Virus record (IMG/VR): IMGVR_UViG_3300045988_032761
Coordinates: 1-45,686 of that record
DNA length: 45,686 bases
Source of the DNA: a virus
Reading direction: 5' to 3' (one strand)
Shown here: one piece after another, positions 7,097 through 18,358 of the stretch
Layout: the number at the start of each line of letters is the position of its first letter
How positions within the stretch are numbered: the stretch's first letter is position 1
Made by a program: the position numbers and the translations under genes
The notes under the pieces: generated by a model
The model's database searches: none
The model's input: the letters and a program-made list of their open reading frames with translations, nothing else
What the model was told of the DNA's origin: nothing

Positions 7097-9433
7097 TTAG
7101 ATACATAAGCAAGGGACAACGCCAAAAGTGTCACTGGCATCGCCAGTGCCCGCATCCCCGTCTAAGCTCACACGACAGAAGGAATTGCTGCCGCTGGAGA
7201 AAGGCGAACGCTCCCAATAGTAGCCAGATACATAGTCACTGCCATGACGTGGTTTCTTATATCTATTGGCAGTAGCATTTTTAAAATACTGATATTGTTT
7301 CCCCTCTCCTGCGAAAGAATACGTTGTACTGCCAAAAATTTCAATTTCAGATGGTAAAAACGCATAGTCATTTGAGCTACCTCCTGATGTCTTTTTCTTG
7401 ACCTGCTTCATCATATTCTGAATATAAGTAGGCAAGCATTTCTTGTACACTTCATTGCACCATATACGTCTTTCACAGTCTTGCCAACCACCATCGTTTG
7501 TTCTTAAGCTATTCATATAACCACATTCATGTGATGTATCATAAGAACTGTTATATTTTGTCGTAGTGTCTAAATACAGCATACGTTCTGTCTGAATTGT
7601 AATAGCAGCTTTGGTCTTACCATTGATAGGAGTCACTAAGTCATCATGTTCAATTCCGATAATCACATAAGCGTAATCATTTGCTTTGTGTGACTCACTT
7701 ACACCCGTTGCAGACATTGCGTTATGATGAATGGTTCTCTTATCACCAACCGCCCAATAATCACCAATGTTGATTTTGCCTGCGTAATGCGCTTCAATCA
7801 TCTTTGTGATTTCAGCATCTGTTCCATCGGCAAATGTGACAATCTTCAAACCCTCTGGTTCACCGAGAAGCCTGTTTCCTGCATCGTAGTTGTATATGCC
7901 ATCGGTAGAATATGGAAACAATGTGAAGTAATATTTTTTGCCATTTGTCAGCCCTGTAACGGTATAGCCTGTGGTTTTGTATTTGTCACGAACTGTGTTA
8001 TCAACCACAAGTATTCCGTCATCTGGATTTGCAGGATAGCCCGTTTCTTTCATTACGAGTTTTGTACCAGCCCATGTAGAGGTTGTTGAGCCACTAATTA
8101 CAGTATTCTCTGGGTCTTGCCATTTAATTATAACTGATGCGTTCGCATTCTCAACCGTTGGGTTGTTTACGGGTTTGGGAGGGGTAATGGTTGCGCCACC
8201 GCCTTTTGCGTGGAGCGTTCCATCTTCATCTACGAATGTTGTCTTGCCGTCAGGCTTAATCTTGCCAAGAATTTCAATTGTAGCAATCGGGACAGTCGCA
8301 TCACTCCCCTTGTCTCCTTTTGGTCCTTTGATGTTTACTGTTTCGGGATTGGCAATTCCATCAGTGTTGCTCCAACTTATGTTTCCATCAGTATCCACAC
8401 TTGGGATAAATGTAGTGCCCTTGTCTCCTTTAGGTCCTGCACCCCCAACCTCTCCCTTTTCTCCTTGCGGTCCAACATCTCCTTTCGCACCCGTATCGCC
8501 TTGCGGCCCGGTAATATTTACCGTCTGGGGGTTTTCAAGTCCTCCATCATTACTCCAACTTATATTTCCTTTGCTGTCTACAACAGGAGTGAATGTGATT
8601 CCTCGCGCGCCAGTATCTCCTTTTTCTCCGGGGTCTCCTTTTACGCCCTGCGGTCCTGGGTCGCCCTTTGACCCTTGCGGACCAACCGGACCCTGTGGGC
8701 CTTGCGGTCCTTGAATCTTGCCGGCATTGTTCCAATTCGTGCCGTCAAAAACCCACATTTCTCCATTTATTAAATACGCGTCGTTCTTCTCTGCACTCAG
8801 GGGGAGGTCTGCCTCAGATTCTTTTGTACCAAGAATATTGAGAGATGTTCCGTCTTTTCCTTGTTCGCCCTTTTCTCCTTGTGGACCTTGCGGACCAACT
8901 GGCCCAACATCTCCTTTATCACCTTTTGGACCCGGCACTCCTTGAGGCCCTATAACATTCCCAACATTTTCACTATCACCATCTGAAAATGTTATTGTCA
9001 AATTTCCATCTGTGTCGATACTGACCGCTGTGATAGAGACACCCCTCAGTGATTCTTTCTGCTCAGGTGTCAGCGATTCAAATGCCACGGTGCCATCCAC
9101 GCCCTTTTCTCCCGGATCGCCCTTTTCTCCTTTTTCACCTTTTGGACCCTGTGGACCAGTAGGACCCGCTGCGCCCTTATCTCCTTTCTCGCCTTTTTCA
9201 CCTTTTGGACCCTGTGGACCAACAAATTCTCCGGCATTAACCATCTCTGAAATATCCTCAATGGAACACAACCGCCTTACATCATTAGCCGCAAATGCAA
9301 TGTATAAGGCTTTACCGGATGGAACGGACGGGTCATTGCCAAGAATCGCAACGGGCTCTCCGGGGCGAATTTTCGACGTATCAAAATCGGAGTACATACC
9401 GCGCCGGAATTGTATTGTATATGTATCAGCCAT
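7097..9433 (-). CDS. Tail fibre / receptor-binding protein with collagen-like GXY repeats and a lectin-like C-terminal domain
   Basis: N-terminal [25 protein letters not shown] (fibre N-terminal motif). Several runs of G-P-x-G-x-K-G-E/D. Two repeated ~38-aa modules ([23 protein letters not shown]). C-terminal [11 protein letters not shown]...[10 protein letters not shown]...GVVPCLCI. Confidence 0.85.
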   Translation of the reverse strand: MADTYTIQFRRGMYSDFDTSKIRPGEPVAILGNDPSVPSGKALYIAFAANDVRRLCSIEDISEMVNAGEFVGPQGPKGEKGEKGDKGAAGPTGPQGPKGEKGEKGDPGEKGVDGTVAFESLTPEQKESLRGVSITAVSIDTDGNLTITFSDGDSENVGNVIGPQGVPGPKGDKGDVGPVGPQGPQGEKGEQGKDGTSLNILGTKESEADLPLSAEKNDAYLINGEMWVFDGTNWNNAGKIQGPQGPQGPVGPQGSKGDPGPQGVKGDPGEKGDTGARGITFTPVVDSKGNISWSNDGGLENPQTVNITGPQGDTGAKGDVGPQGEKGEVGGAGPKGDKGTTFIPSVDTDGNISWSNTDGIANPETVNIKGPKGDKGSDATVPIATIEILGKIKPDGKTTFVDEDGTLHAKGGGATITPPKPVNNPTVENANASVIIKWQDPENTVISGSTTSTWAGTKLVMKETGYPANPDDGILVVDNTVRDKYKTTGYTVTGLTNGKKYYFTLFPYSTDGIYNYDAGNRLLGEPEGLKIVTFADGTDAEITKMIEAHYAGKINIGDYWAVGDKRTIHHNAMSATGVSESHKANDYAYVIIGIEHDDLVTPINGKTKAAITIQTERMLYLDTTTKYNSSYDTSHECGYMNSLRTNDGGWQDCERRIWCNEVYKKCLPTYIQNMMKQVKKKTSGGSSNDYAFLPSEIEIFGSTTYSFAGEGKQYQYFKNATANRYKKPRHGSDYVSGYYWERSPFSSGSNSFCRVSLDGDAGTGDASDTFGVVPCLCI

Positions 9434-9448
9434 ATTAAATTTACCTCC

Positions 9449-9649
9449 TTATAAAAGGAAATTATTCCTTATGTAATTCTTTACAGAATTAAGATTTTTC
9501 TGCACATCGTCATTCATCACAAGGAAATTGCCTTTATTGTTCTGGCTGATAATACTTCCCGTGTTTTCGTCTACTTCTGAATAGGTGTAAGCGATGCGGC
9601 TTCCCTCTCCAGTGCTAAGATTCATAAAACTTGTTAAAATCTTCTTCAT
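9449..9649 (-). CDS. Small hypothetical tail-module protein
   Basis: Compact ORF whose start overlaps the upstream stop. Confidence 0.55.
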   Translation of the reverse strand: MKKILTSFMNLSTGEGSRIAYTYSEVDENTGSIISQNNKGNFLVMNDDVQKNLNSVKNYIRNNFLL

Positions 9650-12600
9650 GATATTACCTCCATCTGATTGATAATGCTTAACCTGTCGTTAGTAAGTTCT
9701 GATTCATAATCTGGTTCCGAGATCTCTGTTTCTTCTGACTCATAATTTGGTTCCGGGATTTCTATATCTCTTGCGTCTGTATAAGCCGTATCTCCCGGGT
9801 CAGTAAATCGCATATGCTCATATTCAGCTTGTCTTGCTTTGATTTCGAACGAAAATTTAAGTCCCGGAGTTCCTTTTACAACAAAATAATTCTGCTCTTT
9901 CTCGGCTATCCAGCAGTCACCCTCTCCTTCTCTTTGCAAAAACACATAATATTTAATGCCAACATTTGCAGATTCTTGAAAGATATCATCTATGTCAATC
10001 ATACAAGTCCCGTCATCCGATATTACAGATTCACCGATATCTCCGAAAAATGGGGTTGGCATTTCATAGCAGTAAAAGAGCTGTTCATCATAGTCTACCG
10101 TCGAAACTGATCTTGATTTCGTCCCGCTTACTTTCAACTTCCCTCTGATAGAAGCATCTGCTAAATCAGTACCCGTGCCCGCGCAATAAAAATGCCCGTT
10201 ATTCCACGCTTCAATGTGACTGCGTGATTTAATAATTCCGCCCGCTTCAATGGTCTTTGTTGCGCTAATAGCATCAGCCGAAACGCTAGTATTAACCGAA
10301 ACTGAGCTTGCGTGTACGGTTCCTGTGTAAAGATTGATTCCTCTAATTCGCGTTCCATACAACGTCCCGTACCCCGGCACATATACTCCTGTATTCGTCT
10401 TTGAATAAATCTCTCCAGTTGAAGCGTCTAGCGTTACTTCTCCATACGTGCCCCTTGCTGAAAGTTTTTTATTTCCAACTTGCCATCCTGCTAATTCACC
10501 TGTGTTAATATAATCGGCATTCATGTACACATTGCCATTTGATAGATACAGACCTTTATTATTACTGTTATCGCTTAGCACATCAATAATCTCTTGTTTA
10601 GACATTTTTCCTATGTCGAGATCACCAAGTGCTTCGTCTGTATAGCGATTCGCATTCGATAACGCTGTCGAAGCTTTATCTTCCGCAACGCTATATATTG
10701 TATCGCCGTTTGTTAGTGCGAATGTATTAGGTCTGAGTGTAACATTTCCGTAGTTATCAATCGCAAATGTTGATATTCCAGAACTGTTTGTAATATTAAT
10801 GTTTTTCAGATTAATCAAATCAGCTGAAATCTGGCCAGACTTAATATAGGAAGCATTTACATACAGATGTCCGTTCTGCATATAAATTCCCTCTTGCTTG
10901 CCGTTATCCGTTAAAGCGTTAAAAACTCTTTCAAAATTGACAATTTTTTCAACATCCAGTTCTTGCCAAACGCCCTCAGCCCCAGAAAACATATATACTT
11001 GGCTTGTAGAGAAATTCATGAAAATCGAGCCGTCATGTTTTTCATATTCTTCACTTTTCCACTCAGATGCCGGATAGTTCTGCAATGTTGGCGCGTACGT
11101 ACCATAATAGTTCGGGATAGTCACATTATTTTGAACCGCCCCATCCACAACGTCCTTGGCGATCTGTTCAATAGTTCTACTTTTTAGCGTAAAGTTTTCA
11201 ACTTCTAATGTGACAGCACCCGTGTCAGCATCTATTCTTAATGTCGTATTCCCGTTATTGTCTTTCGCTGTGAAGCCTCTTGTATTAATCCATTCTGATT
11301 GAATGCCAATCGCGTAAAGAATGTTCAGAACAGCATCGCCATTGCTGTCAAATCCGGCTTTCCATGTCTGACCGCCGTCTACTGACAAGAAGAATCCATC
11401 AACACCTGTCTTATAAATTACTTTAGAATCGGCAAGTGCAGGCTTGTCGTGCCGATACGTTATCACGGAGCCATCTTCTTGTATTTCCTCTGTATAGAAG
11501 AAACCCAGTGTGTTTGCTGCAAGCTCATTCATTTGCTTGAGCTTTACGTCATAGGCAGATAGTTTCTTCTCTATATCTTTTTTTGACTGCTCTACCGCTA
11601 CTTGCTGACTACCAATAAACTCGCTTACATCTTCTTCGGCACTCTTTGCACTACAGCTCCATGATGTTGAACCACCGAACACAAACTCTACATTAGTTGC
11701 AAATGATCTAAAAACACGATTTTTAGTGTCAATAAATTCAACTGGGTCGCCAAAAGTGGCGTATCCGTTGGCGATTCCGTCGCATGAAAAAGGGCGCATT
11801 CGCAAACCGATTAATTGATTTCCAATAGCTTCGACTCCTGCCTGTGCATTTCCTGGCAATAGCTGATTATCAATAGTAATTACATAGCCGTCCTGACCCG
11901 ACATATATTCGGTCTCATCTTCTACGTATTTGACACCTGTTACAACAACATCGTCTACGTCATATTGTAAATTTTGAATTGAAAATAACGCGTGATAATC
12001 GTTATTGCTTAACGTACCACCATCAATCACAGTCCCTGCCGTCCACGGATTAAGCGTGCCTCCATCCAGATCATCACCATTTGTCCAGTTCTTTACTGTT
12101 CCACCATCGTAAATAGCCGCATTAGTAAATGTCTTATCAAACGTAATAATCCTGAGTAAGTCATTTTCATCAATTCTTGCATTTCCGCCGGCTATCCCGG
12201 CACACATTCCGATTACTGTACGATACGTTGTGCTAGATGGTGACTGCTGAATCTGAAAATTTGAATTCGGGAATGTTACATCACCAAGCGCAATATTACA
12301 CTGCTGACAACATTCTGAAAGCAATTCTTTGACAGTGCAAGGAAAAGATAAATTAGAATCATATGTCTTATCAGCATTATGCATTTTATCTAAGAGAGAA
12401 AGACTTATTTCACTCGCTGTTGCAGGCTTTTTCGATACAATGTAAGTACCTCTTTTAATAGTTTCTAATTTATCAGACAACTGAAGGTTAAGAAAAATGA
12501 CAAATCTTGCACCGTTAAAGTTGTAATCGTCAAAGCGACCATCGTCATTCACTAATGACAGATTTGCTGTTTTTTCTATTGCTACACCCACCGGGAAATC

Positions 12601-12759
12601 CCCAGAGTCTGCTGAATCTACAAGACTATTTCCGGACAGATAAAAGTCTTTTTTGCCTAATTTGAGAGTAGTGCCGTCTGACAATGTAACATTTGCCGTC
12701 ACGTAATAATTTCTGTTTGTAAGAGATTCTTTCTTCAATTGAGTAGATACATTTATCAA
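9646..12759 (-). CDS. Tail tip / tail-associated (Tal-like) structural protein
   Basis: 1037 aa, immediately after the Dit-like gene and the tape measure gene. No catalytic motif recognised. Confidence 0.65.
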   Translation of the reverse strand: MINVSTQLKKESLTNRNYYVTANVTLSDGTTLKLGKKDFYLSGNSLVDSADSGDFPVGVAIEKTANLSLVNDDGRFDDYNFNGARFVIFLNLQLSDKLETIKRGTYIVSKKPATASEISLSLLDKMHNADKTYDSNLSFPCTVKELLSECCQQCNIALGDVTFPNSNFQIQQSPSSTTYRTVIGMCAGIAGGNARIDENDLLRIITFDKTFTNAAIYDGGTVKNWTNGDDLDGGTLNPWTAGTVIDGGTLSNNDYHALFSIQNLQYDVDDVVVTGVKYVEDETEYMSGQDGYVITIDNQLLPGNAQAGVEAIGNQLIGLRMRPFSCDGIANGYATFGDPVEFIDTKNRVFRSFATNVEFVFGGSTSWSCSAKSAEEDVSEFIGSQQVAVEQSKKDIEKKLSAYDVKLKQMNELAANTLGFFYTEEIQEDGSVITYRHDKPALADSKVIYKTGVDGFFLSVDGGQTWKAGFDSNGDAVLNILYAIGIQSEWINTRGFTAKDNNGNTTLRIDADTGAVTLEVENFTLKSRTIEQIAKDVVDGAVQNNVTIPNYYGTYAPTLQNYPASEWKSEEYEKHDGSIFMNFSTSQVYMFSGAEGVWQELDVEKIVNFERVFNALTDNGKQEGIYMQNGHLYVNASYIKSGQISADLINLKNINITNSSGISTFAIDNYGNVTLRPNTFALTNGDTIYSVAEDKASTALSNANRYTDEALGDLDIGKMSKQEIIDVLSDNSNNKGLYLSNGNVYMNADYINTGELAGWQVGNKKLSARGTYGEVTLDASTGEIYSKTNTGVYVPGYGTLYGTRIRGINLYTGTVHASSVSVNTSVSADAISATKTIEAGGIIKSRSHIEAWNNGHFYCAGTGTDLADASIRGKLKVSGTKSRSVSTVDYDEQLFYCYEMPTPFFGDIGESVISDDGTCMIDIDDIFQESANVGIKYYVFLQREGEGDCWIAEKEQNYFVVKGTPGLKFSFEIKARQAEYEHMRFTDPGDTAYTDARDIEIPEPNYESEETEISEPDYESELTNDRLSIINQMEVIS

Positions 12760-13133
12760 ATCGGCTCAATCCTCCTTACGTTAATAGACAAATCTGTCCA
12801 CTTTTCTTCCCCGTCTTTCAGAGTTTGCGCGGCCATATTGAAATTTGATGCGTAGAACGTTCTGTCTATCCATCTTCCCGGAACAGTCGGGTCTTTGTGG
12901 TGGAACGTGAATTGACTTTTATTAAGTACAGTGTTTAGTATAGTTGCTATTTCAGCCCACGAAAGTTCACCCCATTGCATGTCATACCCGCCAATCGTTC
13001 CCATTGGCGTGTTGTGCATAATCAAATCCTGACTTCTTTTAGAGTCTTCTGTAGAAGTGGTTGCGAACACCGGTTTATAACTGTCCGGTGCTCTTATAAC
13101 AACATTGTCTATCTTGAACTGTTCCTGTGTCAT
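12756..13133 (-). CDS. Putative distal tail protein (short Dit-like)
   Basis: Position between the tape measure and tail tip genes. Function inferred from synteny only. Confidence 0.45.
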   Translation of the reverse strand: MTQEQFKIDNVVIRAPDSYKPVFATTSTEDSKRSQDLIMHNTPMGTIGGYDMQWGELSWAEIATILNTVLNKSQFTFHHKDPTVPGRWIDRTFYASNFNMAAQTLKDGEEKWTDLSINVRRIEPI

Positions 13134-13143
13134 ATTCTTCTCC

Positions 13144-16100
13144 TTATGCTAACTCAAATGGATTTTTCCCGTTTCGATTTCTTCTCATTTCGGCTTCACT
13201 AATAATAATATCTAACAATTTTCTGCCAGATGCATTGACTGTAACATTGTAGGTATTTCCGTCTCCCTGTCCTTTTCCTGATTCTTCCCGGACGATCTGG
13301 CGCAACAGGCTTTCCGGTGTTTCTAAGTTATTGCCTTTTTTCTGATCGCCTAATACCGCAAGAAATTCGCTTCGTGGCGGAATAACTGCGCCACTGGCCA
13401 GATACGGAATAGTTCCGACACGCGGAAATGTCGCATGAAATCCAATTCTTTTCTTTCCAAACGGCGTAGGTACATCCCATGGCCCAAAAGAAAACGCAGA
13501 TTCAATTCCACCAATTGCATTATTAATCATCCCAACTGCATTATTGACGATACCGATTGCCTGATTAATGGGAGCTTTAATAAAATTCACAATTCCTTCA
13601 AATGCAGATTTGACTGCATCTCTGGCGGCATTAAACTTATTAGTGATAGCATTTTTTATCGCTTCTACTTTATCGGAAACAAATGTAGTTACGTTTTCCC
13701 ATACTTGGGACGTTTTGCTTTTTACACTATCCCACACACCTGTAACTTTATTCTTGATTGCGTTAAATACTGTATTCGCGGTGGATTTAAGAGCGTTCCA
13801 TAAATTAGAAAGCGTTTTTTTAATGGCATTCCAGACTGTTGAAGTCGCTGTCTTAATTGCGTTCCAGGCAGTGCTGATGACGGTCTTTATTATTTTAAGT
13901 GCGCCTTTCGTCACAGTTTTAATTACGTCCCATGCGCCAGTTATAATGTCTTTAATAAGATTCCATATTCCATCTGCAATCTCTTTTATTCCCTGCCAAG
14001 CCAGTTCCCAGTCTCCCGTGAAAACGCCGACAAGAAAATCAATGATTCCGCTCAGCGCGTCTGTTACATCACCAATAATTTTAATTAATGATTCCAAGAC
14101 TTTTATTGCTGTGGTTCCTACAACGTCAATTATCTTTGCCACAACTGGAAGCAAATTTGCGATTATCCAGTTAATCAAAGGCACTAACACTGACTCCCAC
14201 AGAAGTTTCAGAGAATCAATGAGTTTTCCGAGGAATGTTTCTATCTTTAAAATCGCATCCCCTAACGGTCCCTCTAATAGCCCTTTGAACTGTTCTGCCA
14301 GTCCTTGTAATACCGGAAGAATGTATGTGTTATAGCCAGTCATCAGGGTTCCAAATATGCTTGACAGTCCATTTGCTATAGAATCAAAGAACGGTTTTAC
14401 ATGTTCATCGTATAGCCTCGATATTGCATCACTAAGGTTTTGAACAACTGTTAAGACCCCACTTGTTACGGTTTCTATTACTCCGAGACTACCCTCGATT
14501 GCTGACTTTAAAATGTCCTTGTTGTCGATAAAAGGCTGCGCAATCATGTTAAGGATATCTCTGCCAAGTTTTGCAGCCGTTTCTGTAAGAACCATTCCGA
14601 TTTCAGCAAAGATTCCGATTAAATCCGCAGTAATCTGCTGTGCGGTTTCTCCACCAAAAACTGAGAAAACATCCGCAAAGGCGACTGCAAGATTCCCTGC
14701 GATTTGCGAAATTTCAGAGCCGATATTGAACATATCTATCAGATAGTTCTTTATTCTTTGCGTGTTCTGCTTTAAAAACTTTTCAATTCCGCCTATAATG
14801 TTTTGTGCAATTGTCAATCCAATTCTGGCAAATGAACCGGCAACTTGTCCAATTGCATATGCAAATGAATCAAGAAAATTATTTGCTGCTTTAGTAACTT
14901 CTGAATCAGTAAAGATATCCTTTAAAGATTTCCATATGGAATCGAGATCCTTTTTTATTCCGTCAAGAATTGGTTCGTAATCTCCTAATCCATCCCAGAA
15001 TCCTTTTGCGATTAACTTAGCCAACTGTTTAAATCTGTCGATTATCTTTTTTAGCGGTTTTGACATTTTATCAAGAACTGTCTCACCCTCTGCCAATTTT
15101 CCATAATCAACATTTTGTACAGCATCTTTCATCTGATCTGCAAGTCCGCCGGTTGCGCTCGGTGCTTTTAACGATGAATCCGTACTTTTATCCGTTGAGT
15201 AATTATTTATTTCATCCAAAGGACTAAGATATCCCTTTGCCGCCTTAGTAGCTTTCTTGGTTGCGTCTGCTGTATCATTTGTCGCATCTGCCAACTTTTC
15301 AGCATTGTCGGCAGCATTTCCATATTGGTCGGCTGTGTCAGCCATTGCATCTGTTCCGGCAAGGCCTGCACCACTCGCGCCTGTCTGACCGGAAGATTTT
15401 TTGCCAGTGATAAGCTCTGTAAATGACTTGAAGGCATTTGCCAGAGTCGCCAGTTTACCCAGTAAAATATTAATAATTTTCAGAACAGGCGTGAAAATAT
15501 TAATCAATCCCTGTCCGACTGTTGCCTTGAGAGATTGCAGCTGTAACTGCATCACCCTGACTTGGTTTGCCCAGCTGTCTGAAGTACGAATGAAGTCACC
15601 AGATGCGGCAGACAACTGTTTCTGCACAAAAGCCAAGCGGAGAGCCACTTTCTCCTGCTCGGTCATTTCAGATGTGGTTTTTCCGTAACCGTTTGCAAGT
15701 GCATACTGGTCGAGGGCACTTTGCGTCATAACGACACCCAAATCTTTTAGCGTTTCCGTTTCGCCTGTAAACACTGATTTCAGCTTAATATAAGCTAAGT
15801 CCTGGCTGATGTTATAGAATGATGCTACATCACCAGTCAGCTGTGTCAGAGCCGTTGACATGTCGTAAGCCTGCGCTTCCGAGAAACCGAATGACTTGGA
15901 CATTGCTCCGAACGTTCCGACATACCGTTTAGCCATTGTCTCTGACAGTCCGGCTGAGGTCATGGCATTCTTCGCAAATTCATTGACCTTATCCGACATG
16001 GTTGTAAATGTAACATCAACCACGTTCTGAACTTCTGCGAGGTCGGAACCAAGCTCCACACACTCTTTTCCGAACTGCGCTAACTTACCAACTGCAAATG

Positions 16101-16236
16101 CTCCGCCAATCAGTACGCCTATTTTTTTTACTACGCTGCCAAGTCCGTTAAATGACTGTTTTATAGCTGATACGCCATTTTGGACACCAGTTGTGTCCAT
16201 TCTGGTATCAATAATGACTGAGCCATCAGCAGCCAT
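13144..16236 (-). CDS. Tail tape measure protein
   Basis: 1030 aa, helical and low complexity, with reiterated ..AWNAIK../..VWNAIK.. segments. Lies downstream of the chaperone pair. Confidence 0.9.
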   Translation of the reverse strand: MAADGSVIIDTRMDTTGVQNGVSAIKQSFNGLGSVVKKIGVLIGGAFAVGKLAQFGKECVELGSDLAEVQNVVDVTFTTMSDKVNEFAKNAMTSAGLSETMAKRYVGTFGAMSKSFGFSEAQAYDMSTALTQLTGDVASFYNISQDLAYIKLKSVFTGETETLKDLGVVMTQSALDQYALANGYGKTTSEMTEQEKVALRLAFVQKQLSAASGDFIRTSDSWANQVRVMQLQLQSLKATVGQGLINIFTPVLKIINILLGKLATLANAFKSFTELITGKKSSGQTGASGAGLAGTDAMADTADQYGNAADNAEKLADATNDTADATKKATKAAKGYLSPLDEINNYSTDKSTDSSLKAPSATGGLADQMKDAVQNVDYGKLAEGETVLDKMSKPLKKIIDRFKQLAKLIAKGFWDGLGDYEPILDGIKKDLDSIWKSLKDIFTDSEVTKAANNFLDSFAYAIGQVAGSFARIGLTIAQNIIGGIEKFLKQNTQRIKNYLIDMFNIGSEISQIAGNLAVAFADVFSVFGGETAQQITADLIGIFAEIGMVLTETAAKLGRDILNMIAQPFIDNKDILKSAIEGSLGVIETVTSGVLTVVQNLSDAISRLYDEHVKPFFDSIANGLSSIFGTLMTGYNTYILPVLQGLAEQFKGLLEGPLGDAILKIETFLGKLIDSLKLLWESVLVPLINWIIANLLPVVAKIIDVVGTTAIKVLESLIKIIGDVTDALSGIIDFLVGVFTGDWELAWQGIKEIADGIWNLIKDIITGAWDVIKTVTKGALKIIKTVISTAWNAIKTATSTVWNAIKKTLSNLWNALKSTANTVFNAIKNKVTGVWDSVKSKTSQVWENVTTFVSDKVEAIKNAITNKFNAARDAVKSAFEGIVNFIKAPINQAIGIVNNAVGMINNAIGGIESAFSFGPWDVPTPFGKKRIGFHATFPRVGTIPYLASGAVIPPRSEFLAVLGDQKKGNNLETPESLLRQIVREESGKGQGDGNTYNVTVNASGRKLLDIIISEAEMRRNRNGKNPFELA

Positions 16237-16251
16237 ATATTCACCTCCTAA

Positions 16252-16824
16252 CTATTTGAGGTTCAACATCTCATTCAGCGCATCCTTGTACGCTTGCTCT
16301 TCGTCGCTGAGACGTGTTTTTATATCAATGATGTTCTTGTTTTCCTGATAGAATTTCTTTTCCCATTTGTCCAACCGTTCGCCTTTCGCCTTTTTTGAGC
16401 GAATTCCAACAACTGTGTTGAACAGGCACTCGCCGGATTCCATAAAATATCCGAAGAACGTCCACCAGTGCATATACGGTACGGCTCTGATTTCTTTACC
16501 GGCAACCTTGTTTACCGCCGGGACGATCATGTCTCCGTCCTGTTCCCAGTCCATTAAGCGGGGCTTCGGTTTGTTTGGATCATTGTCAGCTTGACCACAG
16601 TCGATGAACTCACAAGCCTTTTGACAGGCCTCATCCAGACACTCAACCGGTATGCTCTGCCAGTCCTCAAACAGAATCTGTAACATAACTACCGCTTTCG
16701 CTTGCTCGTCCAGTTCTGGGTCGTTCATAGCTATGAGAATGTCAATAATCACTCGAAAATCCGTTCTGATAGAAAAATCCACCCCACTGATATTTAGTGA
16801 GGTGGGTAACTCATAGGCGGTCAT
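16252..16824 (-). CDS. Gp15-family tail assembly protein
   Basis: N-terminal LPTSLNISGVDFSIRTDFRVIIDILIAMND matches the Phage_Gp15 pattern as remembered. ATGA overlap with the upstream chaperone gene. Confidence 0.65.
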   Translation of the reverse strand: MTAYELPTSLNISGVDFSIRTDFRVIIDILIAMNDPELDEQAKAVVMLQILFEDWQSIPVECLDEACQKACEFIDCGQADNDPNKPKPRLMDWEQDGDMIVPAVNKVAGKEIRAVPYMHWWTFFGYFMESGECLFNTVVGIRSKKAKGERLDKWEKKFYQENKNIIDIKTRLSDEEQAYKDALNEMLNLK

Positions 16825-17246
16825 TTTGTATACTTCTCCGTATATTTATTGACTACTTCCTGCATTTTTTTCTTTCTCTTTTCAATTTCTGGAGCAAGTG
16901 CTTCATTGATTTTGTCCAGAACGATATAGGCAAACACCTGACCATTTTCAAAAACAGTCGTTGCGGTAATTGGTTCTTTAAATAAATCTTTAGATGCTTC
17001 ATATCCGAGCATATAATTGATTTTGTCCTCGATCTGCTTATTAATCTCTGCCATCTCTTTACTGGAAGAAACATTTTTAACAGATTCCTGAGCCTGTTCA
17101 AAGAAAGTTTCCAATTCTTCCGCTCTTGCCGCAATGTTGATGTCAGTAGGGTTCAGTTTAAATGAAGAGAACACTTCACCCTGTTTATTTGTAAATGTGA
17201 AAAGAAGAAATCCATCATCAATGTTTGTGTTAATTGTTTTTGCCAT
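16821..17246 (-). CDS. Tail assembly chaperone
   Basis: Acidic 141-aa protein between the major tail and tape measure genes. Confidence 0.6.
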   Translation of the reverse strand: MAKTINTNIDDGFLLFTFTNKQGEVFSSFKLNPTDINIAARAEELETFFEQAQESVKNVSSSKEMAEINKQIEDKINYMLGYEASKDLFKEPITATTVFENGQVFAYIVLDKINEALAPEIEKRKKKMQEVVNKYTEKYTK

Positions 17247-17266
17247 TTTCTATACCCTCCTAAAAA

Positions 17267-17767
17267 TTATTCGCTGTCGGCTGTGAATGTACCGGAACTG
17301 ATATCAAACTTTCCTTTTACACGTTCGCCAGTATAATTGACGGTAAATGGAATCTGATAGCCGGATGTATCACCGCCGTAGGATGTCGGCACAACATAAC
17401 AATCCTGCTGATATGCTTCATATTTGCCTGCTGTAGCTTCAGTCCAGAGATGGACCTCAACTGCTTTTGTCTTGAGGTTGTCGTCTTTGAGACGTCCATC
17501 TACAATTTTCTGTAATGCTGTGAACAGATCAGAAGTAGTATCTGCATAGAACGGATCAGCGTCAGAAGAAACTTCATAGCCGTTGTGTTTGAATGTGGAT
17601 TCTCCAAGAATGTTTTTAGAGGTTTCAGTATCCGGATTGAGTTCTACGTTATACTCTTCCAGATCCTTTCCAAGACGCTCATATTTCGGTGTCAGTCCTC
17701 CACAGAGGGAACCTGCATCAATATAATGGGCCATATATTTACGGTCAATCTTGCCTGTAACTGCCAT
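17267..17767 (-). CDS. Major tail protein
   Basis: Synteny. The ATG at 17767 has SD GAAAGGA at 8 nt, whereas the track start at 17827 is a TTG without SD. Confidence 0.7.
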   Translation of the reverse strand: MAVTGKIDRKYMAHYIDAGSLCGGLTPKYERLGKDLEEYNVELNPDTETSKNILGESTFKHNGYEVSSDADPFYADTTSDLFTALQKIVDGRLKDDNLKTKAVEVHLWTEATAGKYEAYQQDCYVVPTSYGGDTSGYQIPFTVNYTGERVKGKFDISSGTFTADSE

Positions 17768-17848
17768 AGAAATGTCCTTTCTGCCTATAACTTTTAAAAG
17801 GCCGTGTAGGTTAGCGACTATCTCCAATTGATAGCCGGTTGTTACTTG

Positions 17849-18358
17849 TTATATTACTTCGTAAGTGTTTTCGTAGCGTACTGACAATGGCAATAGCCAG
17901 TCCTGTACGCCGTTCTCCTGTGGCTCTAAACCATAAGAGTTATCGCGTGTGATACGTTTTATCACTCGCCCCTGCGAAAGCTCAGGAAACGCATTTAAGC
18001 GTGTCTCAGAGCCGTTTATGACAACTGGTTCTCGACATATCCATTTACCAAGATTGTCAAGGAACTTCTGAACAGATAACTTCTGCCTCTCCTTGTCGGA
18101 TGCTGTTCGATATACCACATAAAATGGATACTGGCATACCTGATGCATTGTTCCGCAAACATCTTCTTTTTCTGAATAGATCAAAGCTCCATTATCTGCC
18201 GAGAACGCAATTCCTGATTCCTTGCCAAGTTCCTCAAATTTGATTGTTTCATTTTCGTATAGTCCCGGATACTGGTTCAAAAGTGCTTTCATGGCATCTG
18301 TCAGAATCTCGTATCCGGTTGCATCTTTTCCGATAGGCTTATCCGCCATGTCTACCAC
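17849..18358 (-). CDS. Tail completion / head-tail joining protein
   Basis: Synteny between the adaptor and the major tail protein. Confidence 0.5.
   Translation of the reverse strand: MVDMADKPIGKDATGYEILTDAMKALLNQYPGLYENETIKFEELGKESGIAFSADNGALIYSEKEDVCGTMHQVCQYPFYVVYRTASDKERQKLSVQKFLDNLGKWICREPVVINGSETRLNAFPELSQGRVIKRITRDNSYGLEPQENGVQDWLLPLSVRYENTYEVI

Noticed and set aside
7097-7700. Possible diversity-generating retroelement targeting the fibre C-terminus
   Set aside because: No reverse transcriptase ORF exists anywhere in the genome. The only YVDD string is inside the integrase N-terminal domain at about 3810-3821, in a non-RT context. I could not find a template repeat by eye.
8163-9476. 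Long plus-strand ORFs (8163..8714, 8210..8671, 8718..8945, 9012..9476) antisense to the tail fibre gene
   Set aside because: They are Pro/Ser/Gly-rich mirror images of the GXY collagen-like repeats. They have no SD or operon context and are fully contained in a well-supported minus-strand gene.
13435-15688. Several plus-strand ORFs antisense to the tape measure gene
   Set aside because: These are low-complexity antisense frames of a repetitive helical protein. They lack SDs and are embedded in a 1030-aa gene with clear synteny.
16821-17246. Programmed -1 frameshift between the two tail chaperone genes (G/GT type)
   Set aside because: The downstream Gp15-like ORF has its own ATG overlapping the upstream stop (ATGA). 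I saw no slippery heptamer near the junction.
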